Assembly (NCBI GenBank): GCA_963749155.1
Contig: CAVVLO010000003.1
Span: 1-64,000 of the forward strand
Length of the DNA stretch: 64,000 nucleotides
Direction of reading: 5' to 3'
Source of the DNA: an uncultured Armatimonadia bacterium
Lineage (GTDB): Bacteria; Armatimonadota; Zipacnadia; CAVVLO01
Shown here: positions 20,939-31,644 of the stretch, piece after piece
Layout: each line of letters begins with the position of its first letter
How positions within the stretch are numbered: position 1 is the first letter of the stretch
The notes under the pieces: generated by a model
The model's input: only the letters and a program-made list of their open reading frames with translations
Told to the model about the DNA's origin: nothing
Database searches by the model: none
Translations under genes and position numbers: made by a program

Positions 20939-22473
20939 TCGCCTTCCTCCATCAGGGGATTTACTCCACCCGTTGCCAGGTGCATAATGCGCTCCTGGGT
21001 GGCCTCTTCGCGCGCCAGTTCGCCGGCGATGCGCCCCTGGTGCATCACGAGGATGCGGTCACTCATCCCCAGCACTTCGGGCAGTTCGCTCGAAATCATA
21101 ATGACGGCTTTCTGATGCTTCACCAGCTCGTTCATCAGATTGTAGATTTCGGCCTTTGCGCCTACATCAATGCCACGCGTCGGCTCATCGAAAATCAGCA
21201 CCTGCGAATTGGTGAAAAGCCATTTGGCAAGGACTACCTTCTGTTGGTTGCCACCGGACAGGTCTTTCGTGCGCCGCTCGGGATAAGGCGGCCTCAGGCC
21301 AAGCTGCTCGATGTACCGTTTGGCGACCTCTTGCTCTTTGCCAAGCGACAGCAGGCCCATATTGCGTATCTCGTCCAGGTTGGCGAGGGTCATATTCTCG
21401 CGCACAGCCAGTTCGAGGATCAGTCCCTGCAGCTTGCGGTCCTCCGGCACCAGTCCGATGCCCAGGTCGATGGCATCGCGCGGGCAGCGGATGGTAACTT
21501 CCTCGCCCCCCACATAGATGCGCCCTTCCTCCACCGGGTCGGCGCCGAAAATCGCTCTGGCAAGTTCGGTGCGCCCCGCGCCAACCAGGCCGGCGATACC
21601 GAGGATCTCCCCCTCAAACACCGCGAGGCTTATGTGTTCCAGCACGCCAGCGCGCTCGAAGCCAGCGATCCGCAGCAACTCTTTGCCAGGTTTCACCGCG
21701 ATTTTGGGCATCTGCTCGGACAGCTCGCGCCCGACCATATGCTTAATCAGCGAGTTGCGATCCAGATTTTTCACATAATCTGTCACCACATGCTGGCCAT
21801 CGCGCAGCACGGTACAGCGGTCGGCTATCTCGAACAGCTCTTCAAGCCGATGAGAGATATAGATAATGCTGACGCCCTTCGCCTTAAGCTGGCGGATCTG
21901 ATTGAAGAGGTTCTCCAGTTCATGTTCGGTAAGGGCGGCCGAGGGCTCGTCCATTACGAGGATACGCGCGTCCTGACTTAGCGCTTTGGCTATCTCGACG
22001 AGTTGCTGATTGGCCACACTGAGTTCTCTAACCAGTGTTTTGGGATTGATTGGCGCCTCCAGCAGGTCAAGCCACTCGCGCGCCTGCTGCCAAAGGGCGC
22101 GATAGTCCATCAGGCCAAATTTGGTGCGCGGCTCGCGCCCCAGGAAGATGTTCTCGGCAACGCTCATATCGGGCACCAGGTTGAATTCCTGGTATATGAT
22201 GGCGACGCCGTGGCGTAATGCAGCCTGGGGAGAGGCGATGGTGACTGGCTGACCTTCGATTAGAAGCTGTCCGGCATCCGCCAGATGGGCGCCGGCGAGG
22301 ATCTTCACCAGCGTGGATTTGCCCGCGCCGTTTTCTCCAACGAGGCCAAGTACCTCGCCGCGCCCAAGTTGCAGGGTAACATCGCTAAGCGCCTGCACAC
22401 CTGGGAAGGCCTTCGATATATCGCGCATCTCAAGCAGGAAAGCGGGCTCCTGCGCTACCTGTTCGGCTGTCAT
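20935..22473 (-). CDS. Monosaccharide ABC ATPase, RbsA-like (two NBDs)
   Basis: GENGAGKS, MDEP, LSGGNQQKV, FDEPTRGIDVG. Confidence 0.95.
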   Translation of the reverse strand: MTAEQVAQEPAFLLEMRDISKAFPGVQALSDVTLQLGRGEVLGLVGENGAGKSTLVKILAGAHLADAGQLLIEGQPVTIASPQAALRHGVAIIYQEFNLVPDMSVAENIFLGREPRTKFGLMDYRALWQQAREWLDLLEAPINPKTLVRELSVANQQLVEIAKALSQDARILVMDEPSAALTEHELENLFNQIRQLKAKGVSIIYISHRLEELFEIADRCTVLRDGQHVVTDYVKNLDRNSLIKHMVGRELSEQMPKIAVKPGKELLRIAGFERAGVLEHISLAVFEGEILGIAGLVGAGRTELARAIFGADPVEEGRIYVGGEEVTIRCPRDAIDLGIGLVPEDRKLQGLILELAVRENMTLANLDEIRNMGLLSLGKEQEVAKRYIEQLGLRPPYPERRTKDLSGGNQQKVVLAKWLFTNSQVLIFDEPTRGIDVGAKAEIYNLMNELVKHQKAVIMISSELPEVLGMSDRILVMHQGRIAGELAREEATQERIMHLATGGVNPLMEEGE

Positions 22474-22534
22474 ATGCTGCCCCTCAAACTGGGATAGCCC
22501 TTAATGCGACGCTGGCATCCAGATTCCTTCCCAT

Positions 22535-22573
22535 AAAAAAGCCCCGGTCCGGGTGGCGTGCCCGGATCGGGGC
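22535..22573 (-). terminator. Intrinsic terminator after the riboswitch-controlled DUF1559 gene
   Basis: GC-rich stem (GCCCCGATCCGGG / CCCGGACCGGGGC) followed by six T on the minus strand. Confidence 0.8.
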
Positions 22574-22596
22574 CAGGGGGAGTGCCTTGGTCAGAT

Positions 22597-23322
22597 TTAC
22601 TGCAGGTCGTAGAGCGAGTCGTCCTCTGACAGACTGCCGAACTTCTCACTCGTGCCAGGCTGCAGGTTGTAGATTTTGCTTGTCGCCTTCACGTGCCCGT
22701 CACAGAAAGCTACGCCCGCTGTTTCATTGTGGCGGAAATGCGCGGTAGCCCAGGGGAAAAGCCAGTCGCTGGGCGCGCGCAGATAGTTGGTTGCGGCAAC
22801 AGAGCCTGCGTTATTGTAGGCAGCATCGGCCAGCAAGACGGTCTCGGAGGGCTTGCCCACCGCCCCCAGACTGACAGGTTCAGGCACTGGCTCATACATC
22901 CCGTGACCGATATAGGTGGTGTTGTAAGCGTAGCCGGATTGCGGCCTGCCCCAGGTCTCCCCCTGGAAGGTTGGACACGCGTTGATTTGCTGGTTCTTGG
23001 TATAGGGCGCAATCAGGCCAGGGCCGGTGACGCCTCCCGCGCTCCAGTCGATGCTGAAGTCCCAGGCGAATTCGTTCCAGGCAGCGTCGTAGTAGTAGGC
23101 GGGGCAATAGCGTTCGTCATAATCCTGAGCGTACATCATAATCCCAAGAGAGATCTGTTTGAGGTTGGAGAGGCAGGTGGACTGACGCGCCTTCTCTCTG
23201 GCGCGCGCGAAAACAGGGAACAGGATGGCTGCCAGGATGGCGATGATGGCGATGACGACCAGCAGTTCGATGAGCGTGAAACCGGCGTGTTTACGTCTGA
23301 AACGAGGTGCAATACAAAACAT
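22597..23322 (-). CDS. Prepilin-type N-methylation / DUF1559 / H-X9-DG protein, B12-riboswitch controlled
   Basis: [36 protein letters not shown]. Confidence 0.92.
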   Translation of the reverse strand: MFCIAPRFRRKHAGFTLIELLVVIAIIAILAAILFPVFARAREKARQSTCLSNLKQISLGIMMYAQDYDERYCPAYYYDAAWNEFAWDFSIDWSAGGVTGPGLIAPYTKNQQINACPTFQGETWGRPQSGYAYNTTYIGHGMYEPVPEPVSLGAVGKPSETVLLADAAYNNAGSVAATNYLRAPSDWLFPWATAHFRHNETAGVAFCDGHVKATSKIYNLQPGTSEKFGSLSEDDSLYDLQ

Positions 23323-23362
23323 AAAATAACCCTCCCTGCCCGCGCAGGAGCGTATTTGGTAG

Positions 23363-23502
23363 GCAGATTGGGCCGTCTCCTGACTTCTGGATCTTCCTCG
23401 GGTCGCGTCTTCCGGGTTTACCCGTGACTCTTGCGGCCTTCGTCCCCAGTTACAGTTGCGGGGCAGTCGCGGCTTCTCACCGCGTTCCGATACCCTTTCT
23501 GC
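23363..23502 (-). promoter_or_regulatory. Cobalamin riboswitch
   Basis: Minus strand reads GGAA-CGCGGTGAGAAGCCGCG-ACTGCCCCGCAACTGTAA ... GTCACGGG..GGAAG ... AAGTCAGGAGACGGCC (B12 box), closed by a GCAGA/TCTGC P1 stem. Confidence 0.92.
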
Positions 23503-23524
23503 TTCCAGTATTCAATTGAGGCTT

Positions 23525-23553
23525 ATGCTAACTGATGCTTTCCGGTGAGTCAA
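23525..23553 (-). promoter_or_regulatory. Sigma70-type promoter for the riboswitch transcript
   Basis: TTGACT-N17-TAGCAT about 20 nt upstream of the riboswitch. Confidence 0.55.
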
Positions 23554-23563
23554 GACTTCCCTG

Positions 23564-24305
23564 TCAGGAAGTTCGCCAGGCCTGGACTGCATGCGTGATC
23601 TCGATGACAGGGGCTATCCAGAACCGCTTGCGATGCTTGGCAAGGTGTTGCAGCAGCAATTCGAAGTCTACCTGCGAGACTGGCAGATGGCCTTCATCAA
23701 TACCGTGGAAGGTCAGTATCCCCCACTGGCCGCGGTTTGCGAAGAGTTCGCAAGTGCCAATCAGCTCGGCGGCGTTCATCCGCTCGCAGGGGTAGCTCCA
23801 CAAGTAATGGAGGTCTGCCCTTGTGAGCGAAATTGCCTCCCTCGCCCCTCGTGCGGGCCGCTGAGCAATACTTGGCAACGACGGGGGTATAGCTTTGGCG
23901 ATTCAGCCCTACACCGATGTCCGACTGGTAGCAGGGATAGGCAAAAGAGCGCGCTGTCTGATGAGGCGCAAGCTGGGCCAGGCGCTCTTCAGCCTCGGCT
24001 ATCTCGCGTTCCATCGCCTCGAGGCTAAGCCCCTCGATGCCCTCATGCTCCGCCGTGAAACTGAAGTTGCGCGAGCAGGGATGATTGACCGTATGGTTGC
24101 CCAGCTCATGCCCCCTTCGGGACGCCATCGCCCAGGGCAGCAGGCGCTCGGCCCAGTCGGCCCCGTTGGGATTCAGGTAGAAGGTGCCATTGAAGCCATA
24201 CTTCTCGAGCAGTGGCACCGCAAGCTTGAGCTGAGAAGCCAGCCCATCATCAAAAGTCAGGCAGAGAGCTGCTTCCGCGCCCTCTGGCAGCCAGGGAGAA
24301 GCCAT
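23564..24305 (-). CDS. Polysaccharide deacetylase (CE4-like; frameshift at about 23830)
   Basis: LTFDDG, GHELGNHTVNH, FAYPC; WGILTFHG in the second frame. Confidence 0.85.
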
Positions 24306-24374
24306 AACTGTTTTCCTCCAATAACGAGGAGCCTGGGGAGAGGCGGCTGGACCGCCCCTCCCTGGTTAGTATAC

Positions 24375-25118
24375 CTAATCTGCGCCCTTGATAGGCTCAA
24401 AAGGCACCGGCTGATGGTCTTGCACGCAGGCGGGCGGGCTCTTCAGAGGCTTGGCCCAGCGGCAGGCGTTCTCGATGACCTTGAGCACGGTCGCATTGTG
24501 GTAGATGGGATAGGTCTCATGTCCCGGGCGGAAGTAGAAGACCTTTCCCAGGCCGCGATAGAAGACGCAGCCACTGCGGAAGACCTCTCCCCCTTCGAAC
24601 CAGGAGACGAATACGAGATCGTCCGGAGCCGGGATGCCGAAGTGCTCGCCATACATCTCGGTGTTCTCCAGCTCGAAGTAATCACCGATGCCATCGGCGA
24701 TAGGATGAGCGACGTTGATGGTCCACAGCCGCTCTTTCTCGCCGGCCTCGCGCCAGCGCAGCATGCAGTCAGTGCCCATCAGCTTGCGGAAGGGCTTGGA
24801 CATATGGCCCGAATGCAGCACGATGAGGCCCATACCCTCCATAACGCGCTTGCAGACTTTCTCGGTGACGGCATCGCTTACCTCATGATGGGCGGCGTGG
24901 CCCCACCAGGTCAGCACGTCGGTATTGGCAAGTACCTCATCGGTCAGGCCATGCTCGGGCTCATCGAGGGTGGCGGTGCGCGCCTCGATGCCACACTGGG
25001 CGTTCAGGTACTCGGCAATGGCGCCGTGCATACCTTTGGGATAAAGCTTGCGACAAACGTCCATTTCCAGTTCGTGACGAAACTCGTTCCAGACTGTTAC
25101 GCGTACTGGTTCTTTCAT
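24375..25118 (-). CDS. thuA: ThuA-family trehalose utilisation protein
   Basis: [46 protein letters not shown]. Confidence 0.9.
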   Translation of the reverse strand: MKEPVRVTVWNEFRHELEMDVCRKLYPKGMHGAIAEYLNAQCGIEARTATLDEPEHGLTDEVLANTDVLTWWGHAAHHEVSDAVTEKVCKRVMEGMGLIVLHSGHMSKPFRKLMGTDCMLRWREAGEKERLWTINVAHPIADGIGDYFELENTEMYGEHFGIPAPDDLVFVSWFEGGEVFRSGCVFYRGLGKVFYFRPGHETYPIYHNATVLKVIENACRWAKPLKSPPACVQDHQPVPFEPIKGAD

Positions 25119-25191
25119 CTCTGCCTCCTAAAGCAGTGGAAAAAGGGCGCATATTCGCCCTGTATTTTAGCAGCCTGGGCCGCTAAAGGGC

Positions 25192-25809
25192 CTAGAGGTT
25201 CTTGATAAGAGTGCGTTCTATCACTACTGCGACGGTCTGACAACTGTCCGCTGCATCATCCAGAATCTCGTAAAGCTCACTAAGCTTGAAGATTCGGAGC
25301 GCGTCGGTTTCTTCCTCGAAGAGTTTGCCAAGATTCTTGCGATGCAGGACATCGGTCTGGGTCTCGATGGTGCCTACCAGATGGCAGTGCTCGATGACCT
25401 CGCCCCATTTCTTGGGATTCTTGAGGGCCTTAACGCCCTTTATGACCTCCGCGACGGCTTTCTCAATGAGGTCGAGATACTCCCAGACCGTTTCGGGAAT
25501 GGGATCGATCCTCATAAGTACCATCCGGTTGGTGGCCTTCTCGAGCGAATCCACTATATCGTCGAGGGTAGTGGCAAGCTCCGCGATGTCTTCGCGCTCA
25601 AGCGGAGTGATAAAGGTCTCGTTGAGCCGATTCAGCACCTCGCGCGTATGCGCATCGGTGGCTTTCTCGATTGCTTCAAGCTCGGTAGCATGCTTCTTCA
25701 GCTTGCCGTCTTTCTTCAGCTCGCGCAAGTTGGCGATCGCAGCGGCGACGCCATCTGCCTGAGCTTCAAAAAGTTTGAAGAAATTAAAATTCTTCGGGAA
25801 TATCCTCAT
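25192..25809 (-). CDS. DUF47 phosphate transport accessory protein (PhoU-like)
   Basis: FITPLEREDI..LDDIVD; directly downstream of the PiT gene. Confidence 0.9.
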   Translation of the reverse strand: MRIFPKNFNFFKLFEAQADGVAAAIANLRELKKDGKLKKHATELEAIEKATDAHTREVLNRLNETFITPLEREDIAELATTLDDIVDSLEKATNRMVLMRIDPIPETVWEYLDLIEKAVAEVIKGVKALKNPKKWGEVIEHCHLVGTIETQTDVLHRKNLGKLFEEETDALRIFKLSELYEILDDAADSCQTVAVVIERTLIKNL

Positions 25810-25822
25810 TCTGGAGGGCCTC

Positions 25823-26872
25823 CTAGCCTGGCAAGAACAACGAAATCAGTTTGTAGACAATCCATGCCACGATTGCCGAGGCCGGTATTGTAAGCACCCA
25901 GGCCCAGACGATGCGCATTGTGACGTCCCACTTTACAGCGGACATCCGTTTGGCGGCGCCTACGCCGGACACCGCGCCAGTTATAACATGAGTTGTGCTT
26001 ACAGGCGCCCCCAGGTGAGTCGCAGTCAGGATACTGATGGCCGAAGCGGTCTCGGCACTAAAGCCGTCTATAGGCCGCAGCTTGGTTATACCGTGGCCCA
26101 TAGTCTTAACGATACGCCAGCCCCCGAACAGTGTACCCATTGCGATGGCGCTATACGCCGAAAGCACTACCCAGGTAGGCACCTCGAAAGACTCAATCCA
26201 GCCCGCGGTAAGCAGAAGGCCAGTTATGATGCCCATTGTCTTCTGAGCATCGTTGCTTCCGTGTGCATAACTGTATATGGCCGCGGAAAAAAGCTGCATT
26301 CGTCTGGCCCACCGATTTACCTTGTCTGGATGTACTTTGTAGGCAATCCAGCTCGAAACCGTGATGAGAATCAATCCCAGTATCAGACCGAAAGTAGGCG
26401 CTACGACGATAAAGATAAGTGGCTTTACCCAGCCCTGCAATAGCAGACTCTCAAAGCCGGCTTTTGCGATCGCCGCGCCTGCATAACCGCCCATCAGCGC
26501 ATGGGAGGAACTGGTCGGCAGCCCCATCCACCAGGTGAAAAGATTCCAGGCGATGGTGCCGATGAGCCCCGCCATTATGACGTAGATGGTTACAAGCTCA
26601 AGGTCAACGAGATCCTTGCCTACTGTCTTTGCGACATGGGCTTCGGTGCCCAGCAACTTGCCAACTGGCCCCAGATATATAGCCATATGAGGCCCGAAGA
26701 AGGCAGCGAAGTTCCAGAAAGCCGCCCATACAACCGCTTGCTGAGGCTTCAGCACGCGAGTTGCGACGACTGTGGCAATTGAGTTTGCCGAGTCATGGAA
26801 ACCATTCGTGAAATCAAATATGAGCGCAAGCGCGATTACGAATACTACCAGGGCTTCCAAGCTAGCTCTCAC
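25823..26872 (-). CDS. pit: Inorganic phosphate transporter, PiT family
   Basis: NGFHDSANSIAT, GLPTSSSHA, HGSNDAQK, PVSTTH. Confidence 0.95.
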   Translation of the reverse strand: MRASLEALVVFVIALALIFDFTNGFHDSANSIATVVATRVLKPQQAVVWAAFWNFAAFFGPHMAIYLGPVGKLLGTEAHVAKTVGKDLVDLELVTIYVIMAGLIGTIAWNLFTWWMGLPTSSSHALMGGYAGAAIAKAGFESLLLQGWVKPLIFIVVAPTFGLILGLILITVSSWIAYKVHPDKVNRWARRMQLFSAAIYSYAHGSNDAQKTMGIITGLLLTAGWIESFEVPTWVVLSAYSAIAMGTLFGGWRIVKTMGHGITKLRPIDGFSAETASAISILTATHLGAPVSTTHVITGAVSGVGAAKRMSAVKWDVTMRIVWAWVLTIPASAIVAWIVYKLISLFLPG

Positions 26873-28226
26873 CCTCAGCTTTGTCGAGTTCTACTTCCAG
26901 CCGGTAAAGCAGCAGCGCGCAGGGATCCGGGCTATTCTCTGGCCTGTCTGCCCGCAGGCAATCAATCATCACATAGAAACTGCCAGGATTAGATACCGAT
27001 CCGGTCAGAGGCGTGGGCACGGAAAGATAGCTGTTGCCAGCATATCCATAGAGCCTGGGATTGGTATGGGGCAGCTCGAACTGCTCGACTGACCCTCCTC
27101 CCGCGAAGTCACCCATCCAGGCGCGTAACTGGCCCATACTTGGGTCGTTGAGGAAGAGCGACTTGCCCTCCCCAAGCGGGAGCCACCTGCCCGCATTGGC
27201 GGAGTTGTAATTGACGTCTGCGCCCCAGAGCATACTCGTCTGGCGGGTGGTGGTGTCATATTCCCAAAGCTCGTGACGGCAGCCGGCCTTGGTGACGGGC
27301 ACCTTGTTGTACATAAGGGCCAGCCTGGTCCAGCCCTCATCCAGCGGTCGCATATCAAAAACGCTATAGCTGCCATCCTCTACAATCGGGAAGTCCTCTC
27401 GGTGCAGCATATGGCCTTCCCAGTCGAGGTGCATCAGGCGGGCTGTCACATTGCGGTGGATAACGCCTGGAACCTCACCGGCCCACACCTGGCCCACGAC
27501 GACGATGCCGGAATCCACAACGGCGACCTGCGGGTAGAAGAGAGACATAACCTCGGCATAGCTCACCGGTCGGCTGGAAATCGTAATCCAGGCCTTTCCT
27601 CTCGCCTCGGAAGACTAACGGTATGTTTAGACAATCTTTGCCATCATTAGAATAGGCCAGCACCACTAGCGCGGTGCGTTTGCCATCCCGGCTTACGCCG
27701 ACGTTAAGACGCAGATGGTAGCGGCCATAATCGCCATCCGGGCAGGAGTTCGGTCCTGTCCACCAGCGAGGTGATGTCATCGGGGCGCTCGGAACGATAA
27801 TACCGGATGACCCCAGCATGAGAGGCAGGCCTGTCGCTCTGGGGCACATAATCTACGAAGACATGCAGATAACCATCCGGAGAACGCATTAGATGAGGTT
27901 GGTTGAGTCGCTTGATAGGCTCCTCGATTTTGATAGCGTTCACGGCAGGAGGGGCGTCGACGCCGGCCTTCGGATACTGGCCAACATAAGCAGTGAAGCT
28001 TGTGGTGTCGGCATCAGCAGCCTTTGCGGCCCAGAAAGACAAAGCGGTCGCCCTCGACCAGGTAGGGATAGGTATGACCGCCCCACTCGTAGGCGACATA
28101 ATCGCGCAGACAGACTGGCCCTTCGGCGACGCGTATCGAGGGCAGGTCAGCCGCAAAGGCAGCCCAACCGCTGGCGATTGCCAGCAGCCATACCATCAGC
28201 ATTAGTCTTGTCCCCGATTCATACAT
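26862..28226 (-). CDS. Secreted hypothetical protein, BNR-4-like propeller (about 3 frameshifts)
   Basis: Four overlapping ORFs join; signal peptide; QPHLMRSPDGYLHVF, YYRSERPDDI. Confidence 0.5.
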
Positions 28227-28232
28227 TTGTTG

Positions 28233-29054
28233 TCAGTCTCCCAGGTCATCAGTCTTGTTTTCGGCAGCCAGCCAGTCCAGTGCCAGTTCGTGAAGCGTGA
28301 CGAACCTGGCTTCGAGTGCCGTCAGTCTTGCTACTACGGTGCGAAAACGCTCCAGATCAGTAGACCCGTCATGGCCGATCAAACCCAGGTACCGATCGCC
28401 CCGGGCCAGCGCGGCATCCAGTATTGCGTGGCTCTCTGGCGTCGTCTGCCAGGTATCCAGCCAAAGCGGCTTGCTCCCGTCGGTAACCAGCGGCACCTCG
28501 ACGAGCGGCGAGTCGCCAGAACGGGTCAGATCATCTCGCGCCGGATGATAAGGCGCGTGCAAGCTGGCGCTTGTCCAGTCGGCCAGATGCCTGCTTCCCA
28601 CTGCGCCAGGCGCAATACTCGATTCTACGACGATGCCCTCAGCTTCAAGCGCTTGTAAATCCGAGGCCTCGGCTCGTAGGCAGCCAGCTCTGAAGCAGGC
28701 AGGCTGCACTCCAAACTCGCGCAAGAGAGCTGCGCCTTCCGCGATTAGCGCTGCGCGGGCCTCAGGCTCACGGATATAGTGCTCTCGCTCCTCATCGTCA
28801 AAATGCACATGCAGGCCGACCTCATGACCAGCAGGCAAGTCTGGCGCAATCTTCTCGAAGAAGTGCTCTGCATTGGCGCGCTTCTCCTGGGCCGAGATTT
28901 TTATCATCCAGGTCAAAGGCACAGCCAGTTCTCTGGCCAGACTCAGCAAGGCCAGCGCCCTCTGGGCTGCGGTCCCAAGTTCTCGCCGCCACGAAGTGGG
29001 ATACTCCGTATCAAGAGTAAGGGCAACTAATATGATGGTGCCATCCAACCTCAC
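28233..29054 (-). CDS. Polysaccharide deacetylase-like protein
   Basis: LTLDTE, GHEVGLHVH, FRAG, EVP motifs. Confidence 0.75.
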   Translation of the reverse strand: MRLDGTIILVALTLDTEYPTSWRRELGTAAQRALALLSLARELAVPLTWMIKISAQEKRANAEHFFEKIAPDLPAGHEVGLHVHFDDEEREHYIREPEARAALIAEGAALLREFGVQPACFRAGCLRAEASDLQALEAEGIVVESSIAPGAVGSRHLADWTSASLHAPYHPARDDLTRSGDSPLVEVPLVTDGSKPLWLDTWQTTPESHAILDAALARGDRYLGLIGHDGSTDLERFRTVVARLTALEARFVTLHELALDWLAAENKTDDLGD

Positions 29055-29101
29055 TTGCCGCCTCTGCGCGCGCCCCCCGACGGCGCAGTGGCGGTTCCCC
29101 G

Positions 29102-30400
29102 CTAAGGTTGCAAAGCTAGTGCGAGCAATTGGTCGGCGTTACTGGTTACTTTTGAGAAGGCCTCAATATACTCATCAAGCAAATTGGTATCCTCGAAGGG
29201 GAACCCGCAGAACCCATAACAGAACTGGGTCGCAAGGGCTCTCTCCGTCCTCGGGAAGCGCCTTGGCGAGTTATCCAAAGTGCCCTCGGCGTGAGGGCAA
29301 TCTAGTGGACAGCCTCGCCCAAAAGCCTCAGCGCCCTGGAAGAGAGGCGCGTTGTAGGCCGCCTCGCCCAGGAGGCCAGAGGCGACCCCCTCAGCGCACA
29401 GGGCATCACAGAAACGCTGCATCGGCAAGCCGCCGAGTGCCTGCGCATCGTAGACAACTGTATGAAAGTAGTAAGCGTGCCCAATATCATCCGGCACAAA
29501 AGTCGGATGGAGCCCTGGCAGCGCTCCAAGTGCCTCGTTCAGATAGCGCGCCGAAGCCTGCCTCAGGCTAATCCACTCGTCCAGGTGGTCCATCCCCGCC
29601 AGGGCCAGTACCGCTGCCACCGGGTGCATACGCTGGTTGTAGCCAAGCCCGCCGGTCGAGATGTATCTGCGCCGCTCGGGATCGGTCAGCTCCTTGTTCA
29701 GTCGGGCCGGATGCTGGCCGCAAAGCAGCGCTCGCTCGTAGTAGTCAAGAGAATCAGTGACCACAACGCCGCCTTCCCCGCCCGGCAGGTTCTTCACAGA
29801 CTGGATGCTGAAGCAGGAGATATCACTGCCAAAGCTGCCACACAGTCTGCCCTCGCGGGTCGCCCCCTGGGCATGGGCACAGTCCTCGATTACCCGCAGC
29901 GAATGACGACGAGCAAGGGCGAGGATTGACTCCATATCGGCCGGGTACCCGTTCAGATGGACGACAAGGATGGCCTTCGTCCGCGGCGTGATAGCGGCTT
30001 CGAGAGCCTCTGGGGCCAGGTTGAGGCTGACCTCGTCGATGTCGACAAAGACCGGTCTGCCGTGGAAATGCAGGATAGGCGTCAGGGCATAGCTGGGCGC
30101 CAGAGGCGAGGTGAGCACTTCATCTCCTGGCTCGATGCCAGCTGCGAAAATCGCTGCGTCCAGCGCCGCAGTGCCGGAAGAGACCGCCAGGGCATATTTC
30201 GCGCCCTGATAAGCACAGAAGGCTTCCTCCAGCTCGCGAATCTTGCCTCCCCCATCGGCATTGGACCAGCGCCCCTGATAGGGGCGTCGCAGTTCCTCGA
30301 CGACGGCCTCGACCATCGCCTCGGTCAGCTTCGGCCAGGTCGGCTTGGGTTGTCGGACGGCCTTCTCGCCGCCCAGTAACGCAAGTTGCTCTCCCATCAC
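29102..30400 (-). CDS. DegT/DnrJ/EryC1/StrS sugar aminotransferase
   Basis: SSGTAAL, IEDCAHA, FSIQSVKNLPGGEGG (PLP lysine). Confidence 0.92.
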   Translation of the reverse strand: MMGEQLALLGGEKAVRQPKPTWPKLTEAMVEAVVEELRRPYQGRWSNADGGGKIRELEEAFCAYQGAKYALAVSSGTAALDAAIFAAGIEPGDEVLTSPLAPSYALTPILHFHGRPVFVDIDEVSLNLAPEALEAAITPRTKAILVVHLNGYPADMESILALARRHSLRVIEDCAHAQGATREGRLCGSFGSDISCFSIQSVKNLPGGEGGVVVTDSLDYYERALLCGQHPARLNKELTDPERRRYISTGGLGYNQRMHPVAAVLALAGMDHLDEWISLRQASARYLNEALGALPGLHPTFVPDDIGHAYYFHTVVYDAQALGGLPMQRFCDALCAEGVASGLLGEAAYNAPLFQGAEAFGRGCPLDCPHAEGTLDNSPRRFPRTERALATQFCYGFCGFPFEDTNLLDEYIEAFSKVTSNADQLLALALQP

Positions 30401-30425
30401 ACTGCTCCTGGGCTTTCGCCTGCGG

Positions 30426-31644
30426 CTAGCCCTTTATGCCAGTGAGGGTGATGCCCTCAATAAAGTGTCTCTGGGTGAAGAAGAAGACCGCCAGTACCGG
30501 CAGTGTCGCCATCGTCGCAGCCGCCATCATAAGCGCCCATTCGCCGCCGTGGACGGTCTGGAAGAGGCGCAAGGCATACGCGATGTTCATCTTCCAGGGG
30601 CTGCTGATGTAGATGAGTGGCCCCATAAAGTCATTCCACGCGCCCATAAAAGTGAAGATGGTGACCGCTGCAAGCGCCGGTTTGATGAGCGGCAGCATTA
30701 TCCGCCAGTAGATACCCCACCAGCTTGCGCCATCTATTCGGGCGGCTTCTTCGAGGTCGCGCGGGACGGTCATAAAGAACTGCCGCAGCATAAAGATATT
30801 GAAGGCGCCTCCTCCGAGGAACGCCCCCACCCAAAGCGGCTTCAGCGTGTCAATCCAGCCCAGGTTCTTGAAGATGAGGAAGACCGGGATCATCGTGACT
30901 GCGGCGGGCAGCATCATCGTCGCAAGCACGACGATAAAGAGCGTATCGCGCCCAGGCCAGCGCAGGCGAGAGAAGCTGAAAGCCACCAGCGAGCTGCTGA
31001 AGACGACGCCCAGCACATTCATCAGGGTCAGGTAGAGCGTATTCCAGACGAAGATAAGCCCCTTGTAGGTCTCCGGCGGCATAAAGTTCGCCGCGCGCAT
31101 ATAGTTGTTCCACATCCACTCTTCAGGAATCCATTTGGGCGGGAAGACGAAGATCTGGTTGTCGGGCTTGACCGAGGTCAGGGCCATCCAGATAAAGGGC
31201 AGGATGAAGATTGCAGAGCCCGTAAGCAGCGCCAGGTGCAGGGAGACCTGTTTCTTTGCCTCGCGGCGATCCTTCAGCTTCTGCCAGTCCTTCACCTGAC
31301 GCATAACGCCGAAGGCGAAGGGCAGATACCATAGGAAAGCAAGAAGTCCCTGCAGTCCGAGCATCGCCAGGGCGCTGTTTTCGAGCTTGACTGTATCGCG
31401 CAGGAATTCTGGAAGGCCTGGCAATTGCGCGTAGAAGCAGAGCTCTCTGCTCTGGGAAGCCTGTCACTAACACCAGAAGGCAGGCCTCGATGGCCCAACC
31501 CGCGATGAAGTAGAACAGCCAGGTGCCGCGCAGGCTGGGTGGATTGAACTCGGTAGAGCGCGCCTCACTGGTAGCGAGGGCAAGCCGGGCCATTCCCAGA
31601 TAGAAGAGCCCTACCGTTATCAGGAAGAACAGCAGCAATATCAT
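30426..31644 (-). CDS. Carbohydrate ABC permease (MalG-like) with N-terminal TM extension (frameshift at about 31425)
   Basis: EEAARIDGAS EAA motif, WNDFMGP; upstream hydrophobic ORF 31123..31644 joins. Confidence 0.85.

Noticed and set aside
19918..22473. ABC transporter as part of the B12-riboswitch transcript
   Set aside because: A terminator (22535..22573) and a separate promoter-like motif intervene, and the proteins are Rbs-type rather than BtuCD-type; read-through is not excluded.
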